Positions 37,525 to 47,338 of a stretch of DNA of 64,000 nucleotides are shown here, piece by piece. Source of the stretch: Spirochaetales bacterium (GTDB taxonomy: Bacteria > Spirochaetota > Spirochaetia > Treponematales > UBA12059); the NCBI GenBank assembly GCA_016928955.1, contig JAFGJV010000049.1, positions 3,624 to 67,623 on the forward strand. The letters run 5' to 3'. Position 1 is the stretch's first letter. Each line of letters starts with the position of its first letter. The position numbers were made by a program, and so were the translations under genes. The notes under the pieces are model-generated. The model made no database searches. It saw only the letters and a list, made by a program, of their open reading frames with translations, and was not told the DNA's origin.

Positions 37525-39267
37525 ATGAGAAAACTCCAGGGCATACCTGGCTCTCCCGGCGTGGCCATAGCCCCGGCCTTCGTTTTTTTTGACGACGACG
37601 AGCCGACCATCCCGCGCTACAGCATAGGGCAGGGGGAGCTGGGAGGAGAATGGGAGCGTTTCCGGAGCGCCGTGGAACGCGCCCGAGAGGACGTTACCGT
37701 GCTCCGCGACCGCGCTGCCCAGGAAATGGGCAACGAGCACGGCGCGATCTTTGACGCCCACCTCTTGATGCTGGACGACCCCGAGGTATTGAGCGCCATC
37801 GAACTTTCCCTGAAGGAATCCCTCCTCAACATAGAGTGGGTGCTCCACCAGTACGCCCAGACCATGGTCAAAAAGCTGGAAGGCCTGGACGACCCCGTGA
37901 TGCAGGAACGCGGGGCGGACGTGCACGACGTGACACACCGCATCCTCAACCACCTCATGTTCCGCGAGCGCTTTTCCCTGGCCGACCTGGACCATGACGT
38001 GGTGCTGGTCGCGCACAATCTCCTGCCCTCGGACATGATAGGCATGAACCATTCGCGCGTGCGCGCCCTGGCCATGGATAAGGGCGGCAAGACCAGCCAC
38101 ACGGCCATCCTGGCGCGCGCGTTCGAGATCCCCGCGGTCCTGGGCCTGGGCGGCGCCACCAGGCTTGCCAGGAATGGCGAGCTGGTGGTGGTGGACGGAT
38201 CGGCCGGGGACGTGCTCGTCGATCCGGATCCGGATTCCCTGGCCAGGTACGAAAAGGTCAGGGCGCGGAGCCTGGACCGCGAACGGGATCTGGCCGGCAT
38301 AGCCCAGCTCGGGGCAGCCACCACGGATGGCCGCGAGGTGGCCCTCAAGGCCAATATAGAGGTGCCTGAGGAGACGGATTCCGTGCTGAGGCACGGAGCC
38401 GCCGGCGTTGGGCTGTTCCGCTCGGAATTTCTCTTTCTCCAGCCAGGCCGCAAGCCCAGCGAGGAAGCCCAGTACCTGGCATACCGGCGGGTGCTCGAGT
38501 CCCTGCCCGGGCGTCCGGTGACCATACGCACCCTGGACGTGGGCGGCGACAAGGTGGTGCCCGAGTTGGTGCTCGGGGAGGAAAAAAATCCCCTCTTGGG
38601 CTGGCGTGCCATACGGTATTGCCTGGCCGACAAGGACCTGTTCCAGACCCAGCTGAGGGCCATACTCAGGGCCAGCGCGTACGGCGACGCCCGCATTATG
38701 TTCCCCATGATATCCGGTCCGGACGAGCTGGACGCCGCGCTTTTGGCCCTGGAGGAAGCCAAGGAAACCTGCAGGCAGCGCGGACAGGCCTTCAGGGACG
38801 ACCTGCCCGTGGGCATCATGATCGAGGTGCCCAGCGCGGCCATGATAGCCGACATCCTGGCGGCCAAAGTGGGCTTTCTGTCCATCGGAACCAATGATCT
38901 TATCCAATACACCCTGGCCGTGGACCGGGGCAACGAGCGCGTGGCCTACCTCCACGAGCCTTTCCATCCCGCCATCCTGCGCCTGGTGCGCCAGGTCATA
39001 GACATGGGGCACGCGGCTGGAGCCGTGGTATCCATGTGCGGCGAGATGGCGGCGGATCCCTACGCGGCCGTTGTCCTTCTGGGGCTGGGCCTGGACGAAT
39101 TCAGCATGTCGGCCGTGTCCGTGCCGGTGGTCAAGCGGGTCATTCGCTCGGTGTCCATGTCCGACGCCCGCGACATAGCCGCGCACGTTCTGGCGCTCGG
39201 CTCGCACCGAGAGGCCGAGGCCTACCTCCGAGAGCGGCTCCGGGGCCTGGCAGACAGCGATGACTGA
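37525..39267 (+). CDS. ptsI: Phosphoenolpyruvate-protein phosphotransferase (PTS enzyme I)
   Basis: 580 aa. Phospho-His region GGKTSHTAILAR. The PEP-utilising C-terminal domain. Confidence 0.9.
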   Translation: MRKLQGIPGSPGVAIAPAFVFFDDDEPTIPRYSIGQGELGGEWERFRSAVERAREDVTVLRDRAAQEMGNEHGAIFDAHLLMLDDPEVLSAIELSLKESLLNIEWVLHQYAQTMVKKLEGLDDPVMQERGADVHDVTHRILNHLMFRERFSLADLDHDVVLVAHNLLPSDMIGMNHSRVRALAMDKGGKTSHTAILARAFEIPAVLGLGGATRLARNGELVVVDGSAGDVLVDPDPDSLARYEKVRARSLDRERDLAGIAQLGAATTDGREVALKANIEVPEETDSVLRHGAAGVGLFRSEFLFLQPGRKPSEEAQYLAYRRVLESLPGRPVTIRTLDVGGDKVVPELVLGEEKNPLLGWRAIRYCLADKDLFQTQLRAILRASAYGDARIMFPMISGPDELDAALLALEEAKETCRQRGQAFRDDLPVGIMIEVPSAAMIADILAAKVGFLSIGTNDLIQYTLAVDRGNERVAYLHEPFHPAILRLVRQVIDMGHAAGAVVSMCGEMAADPYAAVVLLGLGLDEFSMSAVSVPVVKRVIRSVSMSDARDIAAHVLALGSHREAEAYLRERLRGLADSDD

Positions 39268-39301
39268 TCGGGGCAGGGCCCCAAACCAAGGAAACACTCA
39301 G

Positions 39302-40705
39302 ATGGAAGATATCGATACGACGGAAGACCAGGCGGTCGCCGTGGCCAAGGTCCGGTGGACCGGTTTGCCCACCGTGGCGCTGGCTGGCCGCCCGAACGTG
39401 GGCAAGTCCACCCTGTTCAACCGCCTGCTCAGGCGGCGGACGGCCATTGTCGATCCCACGCCCGGCGTTACCCGCGACCCCATCGAGGCCGAGTGGCGGC
39501 CAGACGGCGCGGACATGCCCGTGCTCCTGGTGGACACGGGAGGGCTCAAGCTGGAACGAGACGACCTGGACGAGCGCGTGGCCGCCAAGAGTTGGGAGCG
39601 CGTGGCGCAGGCCGATCTGGTGCTGTTCATCGTGGACGCGGTGGACATCAGCCCGGAGGACGAGGAATTCGCGGCCTTGCTCAGGCGCTGGGCAGGCAAG
39701 GTCGTGGTGGTGGTGAACAAGGCGGACAGCCCGGAGCGGGACGCCCGGGCATGGTCGCATGCAAGCTGGGGCTACAAGGACATGGTGTTCGTGTCGGCTG
39801 AGCACGGGCGCAACATAGACGAGCTGGAAGAACTCATACTGTCGCGCCTGGACTGGTCCAAGGCCGCATCCGTGGAGGACGAGGGCAGGGAACTCCGCCT
39901 GGCCATCATGGGCAAGCCCAATGTCGGCAAATCGACCCTGCTCAACCGCCTGATTGGCCAGGAAAAATCCATCGTGAGCGACCTGCCCGGCACCACCCGC
40001 GACGTGGTGGAAGGACGCGTCCGCTGGAAGGGCAAGGACCTGGTGGTCCTGGACACGGCCGGCATGAGGCGCAAGGCCAAGGTGACCGAGGCCGTGGAGT
40101 ACTACTCGGTCAACCGCGCGGTCAAAACCCTGGACCGGGCCGACGTCGTCGTCCTCATGATAGACGCCGCGGAAGGACTGTCCGACCAGGACAAGAAAAT
40201 AGTCAAACTGGCCACCGACAAGGGCCGTGGCGTGGTGTTTGCCCTGAACAAGTGGGACTCCATGCCCAAGGTGGGCAACGCCTTTGAGGCGTCCAGGGAC
40301 AGGCTGCGGTATTTCTTTGGCCAGATGGCCTACGCCCCGGTGGTGCCCCTGTCCGCCAAGAACGGCGACGGCGTGGACAAGCTCCTCTCAACCGTGTTTT
40401 CCGTGTACGGCCAGCTCACGCGACGCGTGGAAACCGGCAAGCTGAACAAGGCCGTGCGCGAGTGGATAGAGGCCAAACCCCTGCCCGCCGGGCCCCGCGC
40501 CAGGGTCAAGTTCCGCTATGCCGTCCAGACGGGGTCCAACCCGGTCAGCTTTGCCTTTTTTGTCACCAGGCCGGACGCGGTGGGGGAGAGCTACCGTTCC
40601 TTCCTCAAGAACAAGATCCGTTCCGAGCTGGGCTTCAAGGACATACCTATAGACCTCGAGCTGAGGGCGTCGCGGACTCGCTTTGAGGACTTGGACAGGG
40701 GCTGA
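39302..40705 (+). CDS. der: Ribosome biogenesis GTPase Der (EngA), tandem GTPase domains
   Basis: Two G1 motifs, GRPNVGKS and GKPNVGKS. KH-like C-terminus. The start was chosen at MEDIDTT, and an upstream ATG at 39260 is also possible. Confidence 0.85.
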   Translation: MEDIDTTEDQAVAVAKVRWTGLPTVALAGRPNVGKSTLFNRLLRRRTAIVDPTPGVTRDPIEAEWRPDGADMPVLLVDTGGLKLERDDLDERVAAKSWERVAQADLVLFIVDAVDISPEDEEFAALLRRWAGKVVVVVNKADSPERDARAWSHASWGYKDMVFVSAEHGRNIDELEELILSRLDWSKAASVEDEGRELRLAIMGKPNVGKSTLLNRLIGQEKSIVSDLPGTTRDVVEGRVRWKGKDLVVLDTAGMRRKAKVTEAVEYYSVNRAVKTLDRADVVVLMIDAAEGLSDQDKKIVKLATDKGRGVVFALNKWDSMPKVGNAFEASRDRLRYFFGQMAYAPVVPLSAKNGDGVDKLLSTVFSVYGQLTRRVETGKLNKAVREWIEAKPLPAGPRARVKFRYAVQTGSNPVSFAFFVTRPDAVGESYRSFLKNKIRSELGFKDIPIDLELRASRTRFEDLDRG

Positions 40706-40707
40706 TT

Positions 40708-41088
40708 GTGCCCGCGTATTACCGCACGGGCCAGGTCGAACGCCTCTTGGGTGTGGGCGAGCATGTCCTGCGCTATTGGGAACGCGAGTTGCCCCTCTTG
40801 TCGGCTCCCCGGTCGGCGTTTGGCCGCAAGGAGTGGACGGAGGCGGACATGGTCCTTCTGTCCAGGATCAAGCACCTGGTGCGCGAGCGGGGCTTCTCCC
40901 TGGCCCGCGCGCTGGAATGCGTGATTGTTGAGCGATCGGCCGACGCCGATATGAGCGCCGCCCTGACCGAACTACGGGGCAGGCTCGTGAAGTGCTTTTT
41001 TGAGGCGCGGGATCTCGCGGAGCGGGCCAAGGGCCTAGCGGCGCGGGCCGATGCGGCCACGGCGGCGCAGGGAAAGCCGCGCGGATAG
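40708..41088 (+). CDS. MerR family transcriptional regulator
   Basis: N-terminal MerR HTH (YRTGQVERLLGVGEHVLRYWERE). GTG start. Confidence 0.65.
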   Translation: MPAYYRTGQVERLLGVGEHVLRYWERELPLLSAPRSAFGRKEWTEADMVLLSRIKHLVRERGFSLARALECVIVERSADADMSAALTELRGRLVKCFFEARDLAERAKGLAARADAATAAQGKPRG

Positions 41089-41210
41089 AGGGGCTGCGAC
41101 TCGGCCTCAGTGGATACGGAAGGGAGCCTCCACTACCCATGGGGTTTTGAGAGGTTCCCATAAGGGACCGTGCCGGACGACTATTCCGGCAGGCACCAAG
41201 GAGGAACATC

Positions 41211-42509
41211 ATGCCAGCCAAACACGCCCGAGCCTTATGCGACTATATCGACGCGTCACCCAGCGCCTTCCACGCCGTCGACGCGTCCGTGGCCTTGCTC
41301 AAGGCCCATGGCGCCCAGGGCCTGGACGAACGGGACGCGTGGAAACTGGAGCCAGGCTCGTTGTACTACGTTGTCCGAGACGACGCGTCCCTCATAGCCT
41401 TCCGGGCCGGCACAAAGGCCCCCGCTGACTCAGGCTTCGTCATGGCGGGTGCCCATGCCGACGCTCCCGCCCTCAGGGTGCGCTGGGAAAAAACGGTGGT
41501 GGCCCGGGGTTTTGAGCGCGCCCCCGTGGAAGCCTACGGCGGACCCATCCATTCCACCTGGCTGGACCGGCCGCTGAGCATGGCCGGCCGCGTGGTCGTC
41601 AGGGACTCGTCCGGGCGGGCCCAGGCCCGGCTCCTCAACCTGGCAGAGCCGGTGGCGGTCATACCCAACCTGGCCATACATTTCAACCGCGACATGAACA
41701 AGGGCGTGGAGTATCCCATGCAGAGCGCCCTCATGCCCCTGGTGGCGTCCCGGGCGAGTGACGCTCCGGCCGGTTCCTGGGCCCTGGCCAGGGCCGCGCG
41801 CGAGCTGGGCGTCAAGCCTGAGGACATCCTGGCTGCCGAGCTGTCCTTTGTGGACGCGGCCCCGTCCTGCGTATGGGGCAACGACGGCGAATTCCTTTCG
41901 GCCCCGCGCATAGACAACCTGGAAGGCTGCCATGCCGTGCTGACGGCCTTCCTGGCGGCGGATCCCGCGGACTACACCCAGGTGGCCGTGCTCTTTGACA
42001 ACGAGGAAATAGGCTCGACCAGCCAGCGCGGGGCGGACTCCGTGTTCCTGCGCGACATCCTGGAGCGGATAAGCGCCCGCCTGGGCGCTGGCCAGCCCGA
42101 GGACATCCAGCGCGCCCTGGCCCGATCGTTCATGGTGTCCGTGGACGGAGCCCAGGGCTGGCACCCGTCCTACGCCGACCGCTTTGACGAGGACTACGCG
42201 CCGGTGCTGAACGGCGGCCCGGCCATCAAGGCCAACGCCAATATCCGCTACGCCACGGACGCCCTGGGCGAGGCAGCCTTCCGGTCCGCCTGCCAGGCCG
42301 CCGGCGTGCCCTGCCAGAGGTTCCGCATGCGCGCCGACCTTATGCCCGGCTCGACCATCGGTCCCATCAGCTCGGCCCAGCTGGGCGTGCGCACGGTGGA
42401 CGTGGGCGTGCCCATGCTGGCCATGCATTCCGTCAGGGAGACGGCCGGCGCCTACGACCACGACCACATGATAGCGGCGCTCCGGGAGATGTACGGGCGC
42501 GGCGCTTGA
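41211..42509 (+). CDS. M18 family aminopeptidase (aspartyl aminopeptidase-like)
   Basis: M18 N-terminal pattern (AKHARALCDYIDASPSAFHAV), HADAPAL and NEEIGS motifs. AAGGAGG RBS. Confidence 0.8.
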   Translation: MPAKHARALCDYIDASPSAFHAVDASVALLKAHGAQGLDERDAWKLEPGSLYYVVRDDASLIAFRAGTKAPADSGFVMAGAHADAPALRVRWEKTVVARGFERAPVEAYGGPIHSTWLDRPLSMAGRVVVRDSSGRAQARLLNLAEPVAVIPNLAIHFNRDMNKGVEYPMQSALMPLVASRASDAPAGSWALARAARELGVKPEDILAAELSFVDAAPSCVWGNDGEFLSAPRIDNLEGCHAVLTAFLAADPADYTQVAVLFDNEEIGSTSQRGADSVFLRDILERISARLGAGQPEDIQRALARSFMVSVDGAQGWHPSYADRFDEDYAPVLNGGPAIKANANIRYATDALGEAAFRSACQAAGVPCQRFRMRADLMPGSTIGPISSAQLGVRTVDVGVPMLAMHSVRETAGAYDHDHMIAALREMYGRGA

Positions 42510-42560
42510 AGGTTCTGCAGACTTGAGCGAGGTCCGGGAGCTGCCGCTCCCGGCCTCCGC

Positions 42561-42686
42561 TCAGTCTTCGTCGTCCGCGGGGCTATGCTCCGAGCGCTTG
42601 GCCATGATTTTCTTGAACAGCGTCAGTTTTGCGGCGCCCACCACAATCACGCCAATGATGATCACAACCCACCAGTACCACGCCAT
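42561..42686 (-). CDS. 41-aa single-TM small protein (MAWYWWVVIIIGVIVVGAAKLTLFKKIMAKRSEHSPADDED), last gene of the TetR-ABC-2 operon
   Basis: Strong SD AAGGAGG 6 nt before the ATG. The TM helix plus amphipathic/acidic tail. Below the 60-aa cutoff of the ORF track. Confidence 0.5.
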   Translation of the reverse strand: MAWYWWVVIIIGVIVVGAAKLTLFKKIMAKRSEHSPADDED

Positions 42687-42824
42687 AGGAACCTCCTTGG
42701 CCCAGGGTTAGCCGGGCCTCTTTGTATGCCCTCAACACCGGCTGGCCGATAGCGGCCGGGCCGGCGAGACAAGCCTGTGTCGTTCACGGCCCTGGTACAG
42801 GCGCGTGCCGCCTCTACCATCCTG

Positions 42825-43847
42825 CTAAGCATGGACACCTCGCCCGTGGCCACGCCCCGGGGACAGGCGCTTTTTGAGGACCCGCGCCAACACCAGGGCC
42901 AGGGCGGCGCCGGAGAGGGCCGTCATGGCGCTGTTGAGCCAGAATCCCTCCGAACCGGGTATGTAGGCGCCCGCCAAAGTCCGGAACATCCAGAAATTCG
43001 GAAACGGCCAGAACAGGAAGGTCCAGGCCTGCGGTACGGCCAGGCTGGCGAACGGCAGGGCCAGGGCCGCCAGCATGACCAGCTTGAGCGACGCGACGGC
43101 CTGTATCTGGTTCGACGCTATGCCCCCGATGAGCAGGCATACCGACAAGGGTATGAACGACGACGACAGGAGGGCCACAGCCAGTTTCCAGAAAGCCGCG
43201 TCCGAGGGGCCCATGATGAAATGGGCGACCACGGCGCCACCGGCGCCCACCAAACCGGCCCACAAACCGCGGGCGGCTATGTAGTCGGTTCCGGACAGGG
43301 GCGTCACCGCGTACGCTCGCGTCATGCCGCTTTCTTTCTCGTCGACCAGGGAAAAGGCAGCCGCCACGCCCCCAAGGAGGACAGACAGCATGGCCAGCGC
43401 CACCCGGGAGTAGTCCCGCAACGCGGACCGGGCATCCGTACGCACGCTCAGGCTGTAGCTCGCCTCCGGCCCGCCCAGTACCGAGGCCAGGATTCTGGAC
43501 GCGCCGCCGTACGCGTTCCCGTCCTCGTTGCCTTGCAGGATGACCACGGGTTTCCTCCCGCTCAAGGCTATGCCGGTCACGTCGTCCGCGTCCATGACTC
43601 GTCGCTCAACGGCGTCCCGGCCGCGCAGTCGCTCCACCGAACCGTAGTCGCCAAGGCCGATGGCCAGCTCCATGCCGGCGTCCGTAGACGTGTCCACGGC
43701 AAAGCTGGCCCCCGAGCTTTCAAGGCTACTGGTGATGAAGCCAAAGGCCACGGCCAGGATGACGGGCGCTGCCAGGATATACAGCACCAGGCTGTCCCGG
43801 AGTGCGTTTGCCCTGTCAAAGCGGATGAGCGCCGCTATGCGTTTCAT
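42825..43847 (-). CDS. ABC-2 type transporter permease
   Basis: Six predicted TM helices with a large first extracytoplasmic loop. Directly downstream of the paralogous permease. Confidence 0.7.
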   Translation of the reverse strand: MKRIAALIRFDRANALRDSLVLYILAAPVILAVAFGFITSSLESSGASFAVDTSTDAGMELAIGLGDYGSVERLRGRDAVERRVMDADDVTGIALSGRKPVVILQGNEDGNAYGGASRILASVLGGPEASYSLSVRTDARSALRDYSRVALAMLSVLLGGVAAAFSLVDEKESGMTRAYAVTPLSGTDYIAARGLWAGLVGAGGAVVAHFIMGPSDAAFWKLAVALLSSSFIPLSVCLLIGGIASNQIQAVASLKLVMLAALALPFASLAVPQAWTFLFWPFPNFWMFRTLAGAYIPGSEGFWLNSAMTALSGAALALVLARVLKKRLSPGRGHGRGVHA

Positions 43848-43850
43848 GTC

Positions 43851-44891
43851 CTACTCCTTAAGCAGCCTGAGCCTGACGGCCAGGGCGCAGAAGACGGCGG
43901 CAAGCGCTGTCCACGCCAATATCCTGAGGAGTGGCGCGGCCGCGTCCGACCCTGTGCCTGGATTCAGCACGTAGTCGCGTATCAGGAACAGGGCGTCATA
44001 GCTGGGGATGGCCTTGATCCAGGCAGGATTGAAGGATGGCCGGGCGTACGAGAAGAACGGGGCCATGTTGAGAAGGAGTATGCCGAGCCCGGGGAAGAAC
44101 CAGCCGGAAAGATTCCTGAAAAACGTGGCAAAACCCAGGCCCAGAAGGGTCATGAAGGCCGAGCTGAGGGCCAGGGTGCCCAGGGCCCCGAACCAGTCAG
44201 GCCGGGCGCCCTTCAGGGCAGCCGCCGCAAGGACGCCTCCTCCGTACGCAAGCGACAAGCCGACGAACACGGCGAGCTTTGCCGCCACATACGGCGCCCC
44301 TCCGCCCGGGGCGGCCCGGTATGCCCTGAGCGTGCCTTCCTGTTTTTCCTGAAACACGAAAACGGCCACCAGGAGGAACCCGAGTATGCCCGCCTCAAAG
44401 ACCAGGAACACGGGGACGCCGGTCAGGCTGAGCGGCGCGCGCCGCGAACCGGGCCGGAGTACCACCGTTTCCATCTCGGTCCCGTCGGTCTGCCCGCGGG
44501 CCAGCCGGATGATCGCGTCCATGCTGGCGCGTAACGCCGCCACGCTGGCCGGCGGAACATGCGCGCCCGCCTCTATGGTGACGCTCAGCGCGTCCGGGGT
44601 CCCGCGTACGCTGACGCCCAGGATGTTCGGGTCAGCCGCCATCCGGGCGTCATAGTCGGCCTGGTCCTGGGCGAACATCTGGCCGTCCATGCCCGCCTCG
44701 GCGGCCGCGCGCCTTACCGAGGCGCCGTGGCTCGCGTCCAGTATAGCCACGGGATTGGACAGTTCGAGTTCGGCCGGCAGGAAAAATATCAGGAGCCACA
44801 TTAGGACCATGATGGCAAGCACTACCGCCACGTGGCCGTTCCTCCACGCCAGGATCCAGTCGCGGAGCGCCTGGTTGAGGGCGTTTTTCAT
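43851..44891 (-). CDS. ABC-2 type transporter permease
   Basis: Same architecture as the downstream permease. Overlaps the ATPase gene stop. Confidence 0.7.
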   Translation of the reverse strand: MKNALNQALRDWILAWRNGHVAVVLAIMVLMWLLIFFLPAELELSNPVAILDASHGASVRRAAAEAGMDGQMFAQDQADYDARMAADPNILGVSVRGTPDALSVTIEAGAHVPPASVAALRASMDAIIRLARGQTDGTEMETVVLRPGSRRAPLSLTGVPVFLVFEAGILGFLLVAVFVFQEKQEGTLRAYRAAPGGGAPYVAAKLAVFVGLSLAYGGGVLAAAALKGARPDWFGALGTLALSSAFMTLLGLGFATFFRNLSGWFFPGLGILLLNMAPFFSYARPSFNPAWIKAIPSYDALFLIRDYVLNPGTGSDAAAPLLRILAWTALAAVFCALAVRLRLLKE

Positions 44892-45742
44892 CCCAGCCCC
44901 CTTCCGGTCAGCTTGATGAAAATTTCCTCCAGGGTGGCCTCCTGGCTGTGCACGGTTTCAGCGGTGCCGGACGATATGAGCTGGCTTAACTGGTTCCGGT
45001 CCTCTTCCCGGGCTGGGAACAGGGTGTGCGTTTCGATTCGGCCGTCCACGCGGGTCTCCACCTTGACTGAGCGCGAGCCGTACGCCAGCTTGAGCTCCCT
45101 CGGGGAGTCCATGGCCACAATGCGCCCGGAGTTCAGGAAGGCCACCGTGTCGCACAGGCGGTCGGCGTCCAGCATGTTGTGGGTGGTCAGGAAGACGGTG
45201 CAGCCCGCGTCGCGCTTTTCCAGGATCAGGGCCTTGATGCGCTCGGCGGTTGCCGGGTCCAGTCCGCTGGTGGGTTCGTCAAGGAACAGGATGGACGGTT
45301 TGTTGATGAGGGCGCGGGCGAACACCAGGCGCTGTTTCATGCCCTTGGAGTAGGCCGACGCGCGGCGCTTGGCGGCGTCGGCCAGCCCAACCATGTCCAG
45401 GAGCTGCATCGGGTCTTCCGTTGGGCCCTGGAAGAGGCCGGCAAAGTACTTGAGGTTCTCGTAACCGGTCAGCTTGCCGTAGAGATTGGGGTGCTCGAAC
45501 GACACGCCTATGCGCTGGAAAAAAGAGCGCCCCATGCTCCCAATATCGCTGCCGTCGTAGCGTACCGACCCCTTTTGGAGCCTGAGCAGGCCTGTCATGA
45601 TGCCCTGCACGGTGCTCTTGCCGGCTCCGCTCGGGCCAAGAAAGCCGAAGATGGCGCCGTCGGGTATGGTAAAGCTGACGCCCTGGACGGCGTAGGCGCC
45701 TTTGCCCTCGTAGTCGTGGTAGACGTCCCGTACTTCGATCAT
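44888..45742 (-). CDS. ABC transporter ATP-binding protein
   Basis: Walker A GPSGAGKST. Signature YSKGMKQRL. Walker B ILFLDEP. Confidence 0.85.
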   Translation of the reverse strand: MIEVRDVYHDYEGKGAYAVQGVSFTIPDGAIFGFLGPSGAGKSTVQGIMTGLLRLQKGSVRYDGSDIGSMGRSFFQRIGVSFEHPNLYGKLTGYENLKYFAGLFQGPTEDPMQLLDMVGLADAAKRRASAYSKGMKQRLVFARALINKPSILFLDEPTSGLDPATAERIKALILEKRDAGCTVFLTTHNMLDADRLCDTVAFLNSGRIVAMDSPRELKLAYGSRSVKVETRVDGRIETHTLFPAREEDRNQLSQLISSGTAETVHSQEATLEEIFIKLTGRGLG

Positions 45743-46449
45743 GGTGTGTCCTTTCCGGCCAGGATGGCGACCACGCGGTCGTCCATCAAGGCGACGCTAC
45801 CCGGCGCGGCGCCGAGTACCCGAGTGACAGCCTCCCGGTAGCTTGCGACCACCGCCTGCACCCGCTCGGCGGCCTCGGTTGCCAGTCCCGAAGGACCGGC
45901 GGACACGGCGAGGTCCGTCGCGGCGTAAACAGCCAGCCGTTCGGTCATTGCCGTGCCGAGCTGGAGTATCAGCATGGCCGCCTCGGCGGGATCGCTGAGT
46001 TTGAACGCCCCTTCCGCTATGCCCTGGGCCAGTATCCGGGAAATGAGCGGGGCTTCCAGCTCCATGCTTTTGCGTTCCATGCGCTTGCGGAGGAGCAGGT
46101 TGCGGTCGTCGTACATAACCTTGAGCAGGGTGAGCATGAGCTCTCTACGGGCGGATTTGAAGGCAAGGGCCGCGGCGAACACCCGGTTGAGTTTGTCGAG
46201 CGCCGGGAGGGCCGGGTCGTCGGCTATTGGCTGGATCAGAGCGATGCCCTGCCGGGCCGCCCGTTCGGCGAGCGCGTTGATGAGGTCGTCCTTGCTCGCA
46301 AAATAGTGGTAGAACGCTCCCTTGGATACGCCTACGGCGTCTATGATGGCGCTGATCGGTGTTTCCTCATAGCCGCGCTCCAGGAATAGCCGCTGGGCGG
46401 TGTCAAGAAACTCGTTCATGCGAACGTCAAAATCCTTCACCACGTGCAT
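45739..46449 (-). CDS. TetR family transcriptional regulator (first gene of the ABC-2 exporter operon)
   Basis: HTH AIIDAVGVSKGAFYHYFASKDDL. GGAGG RBS at the internal ATG (MHVVKDF). Confidence 0.8.
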   Translation of the reverse strand: MHVVKDFDVRMNEFLDTAQRLFLERGYEETPISAIIDAVGVSKGAFYHYFASKDDLINALAERAARQGIALIQPIADDPALPALDKLNRVFAAALAFKSARRELMLTLLKVMYDDRNLLLRKRMERKSMELEAPLISRILAQGIAEGAFKLSDPAEAAMLILQLGTAMTERLAVYAATDLAVSAGPSGLATEAAERVQAVVASYREAVTRVLGAAPGSVALMDDRVVAILAGKDTP

Positions 46450-46469
46450 GGTAGCCTCCAGGTGTGCGA

Positions 46470-46510
46470 AAAACCGACCATAGGTATGTACCGACCGGCG
46501 GTATGTACTG
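46470..46510. promoter_or_regulatory. Direct GTATGTAC repeats flanking the palindrome TACCG-N5-CGGTA upstream of the TetR gene; candidate operator
   Basis: Read directly from the sequence. Significance unknown. Confidence 0.3.
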
Positions 46511-46565
46511 TAGCGCGCTTCTTGGCGCCTGTCAAGACACGGCCACACCAGCATGGAAGGTGTGC

Positions 46566-46600
46566 CGCCCAGCGTCGAATGTCCAAAAAAACGGCCGCCC
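46566..46600 (-). terminator. Rho-independent terminator (CGGCCGCCC/GGGCGGCCG) with A/T runs on both sides, terminating the LysM gene
   Basis: Hairpin plus U-tract on the minus strand. Confidence 0.6.
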
Positions 46601-46637
46601 CTTGGAAGGGCGGCCGTTTGGCAAGCAGCTGGAGAGC

Positions 46638-47327
46638 CTACTTGGTGTACGCGGGATACTGCAGTTTGGGGTCGTATACGCCGTCGCGGTACTCGCCGGA
46701 CAGGGACGGGATGACGATGACCATGCCGGGCAGTATCAGGTCCGGATCGGCCGGAACGGGAAGCTTGGCCTTATTGGCCTTGTACAACACGGTCCACATC
46801 CACGGGTCGTTGTACACAAAGGGCAGGGCCGCTATGCGCCATAGGCAGTCCTCGTTGCCGGGAACCCTGCGTACCACAAAGCTGGCAGGGAGCGGAAGCT
46901 CGTCCGACAGGCTCTGGAGGGCGACAAGCACCAGTTCCGCGTGCATGCGGGCCGACGCGTAGTCCTCGTCGGTATACAGGGCCTTGGCTTCGGCAAGCTC
47001 GGCGGCCGCGTCTGCCATTTCCGCCGGGTAGCGCTTCTCGGCATTGAAGCCCGTGGCCCAGGCCACGCGCTCCTCGGCCGTGCGTATGGCGTCCTGGGCG
47101 GCCTTCATGTCCAGCATTTTGGCCACGTACTCGTCGGACAGCCGGGCGTTTTCCTGGGCCTGGGCGGCGTAATCGGCCGCGCTGTCATAGTCGCCTTCCT
47201 CAAAGGCCTGGCGCGCCAGGGCCTCCAGCTCAAGGCTCTTCTGGTAATAGGAATTTTCCGTAAGGCTCTGGCCAAAGGCCAGGGCGCCGGCCAGGAGGGC
47301 CGCTACGATGATCAGTGCTCGTTTCAT
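46638..47327 (-). CDS. Secreted protein with an N-terminal helical repeat region and a C-terminal LysM domain
   Basis: Signal peptide. The LysM-like segment FVVRRVPGNEDCLWRIAALPFVYNDPWMWTVLYKANKAKL. Confidence 0.55.
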   Translation of the reverse strand: MKRALIIVAALLAGALAFGQSLTENSYYQKSLELEALARQAFEEGDYDSAADYAAQAQENARLSDEYVAKMLDMKAAQDAIRTAEERVAWATGFNAEKRYPAEMADAAAELAEAKALYTDEDYASARMHAELVLVALQSLSDELPLPASFVVRRVPGNEDCLWRIAALPFVYNDPWMWTVLYKANKAKLPVPADPDLILPGMVIVIPSLSGEYRDGVYDPKLQYPAYTK

Positions 47328-47338
47328 GGCTGTCCTCC

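Noticed and set aside
42523-42711. Plus-strand 62-aa ORF
   Set aside because: It has no SD and a low-complexity Ser/Ala-rich product. The same bases encode on the minus strand a 41-aa TM peptide with a consensus SD, and that reading was preferred.
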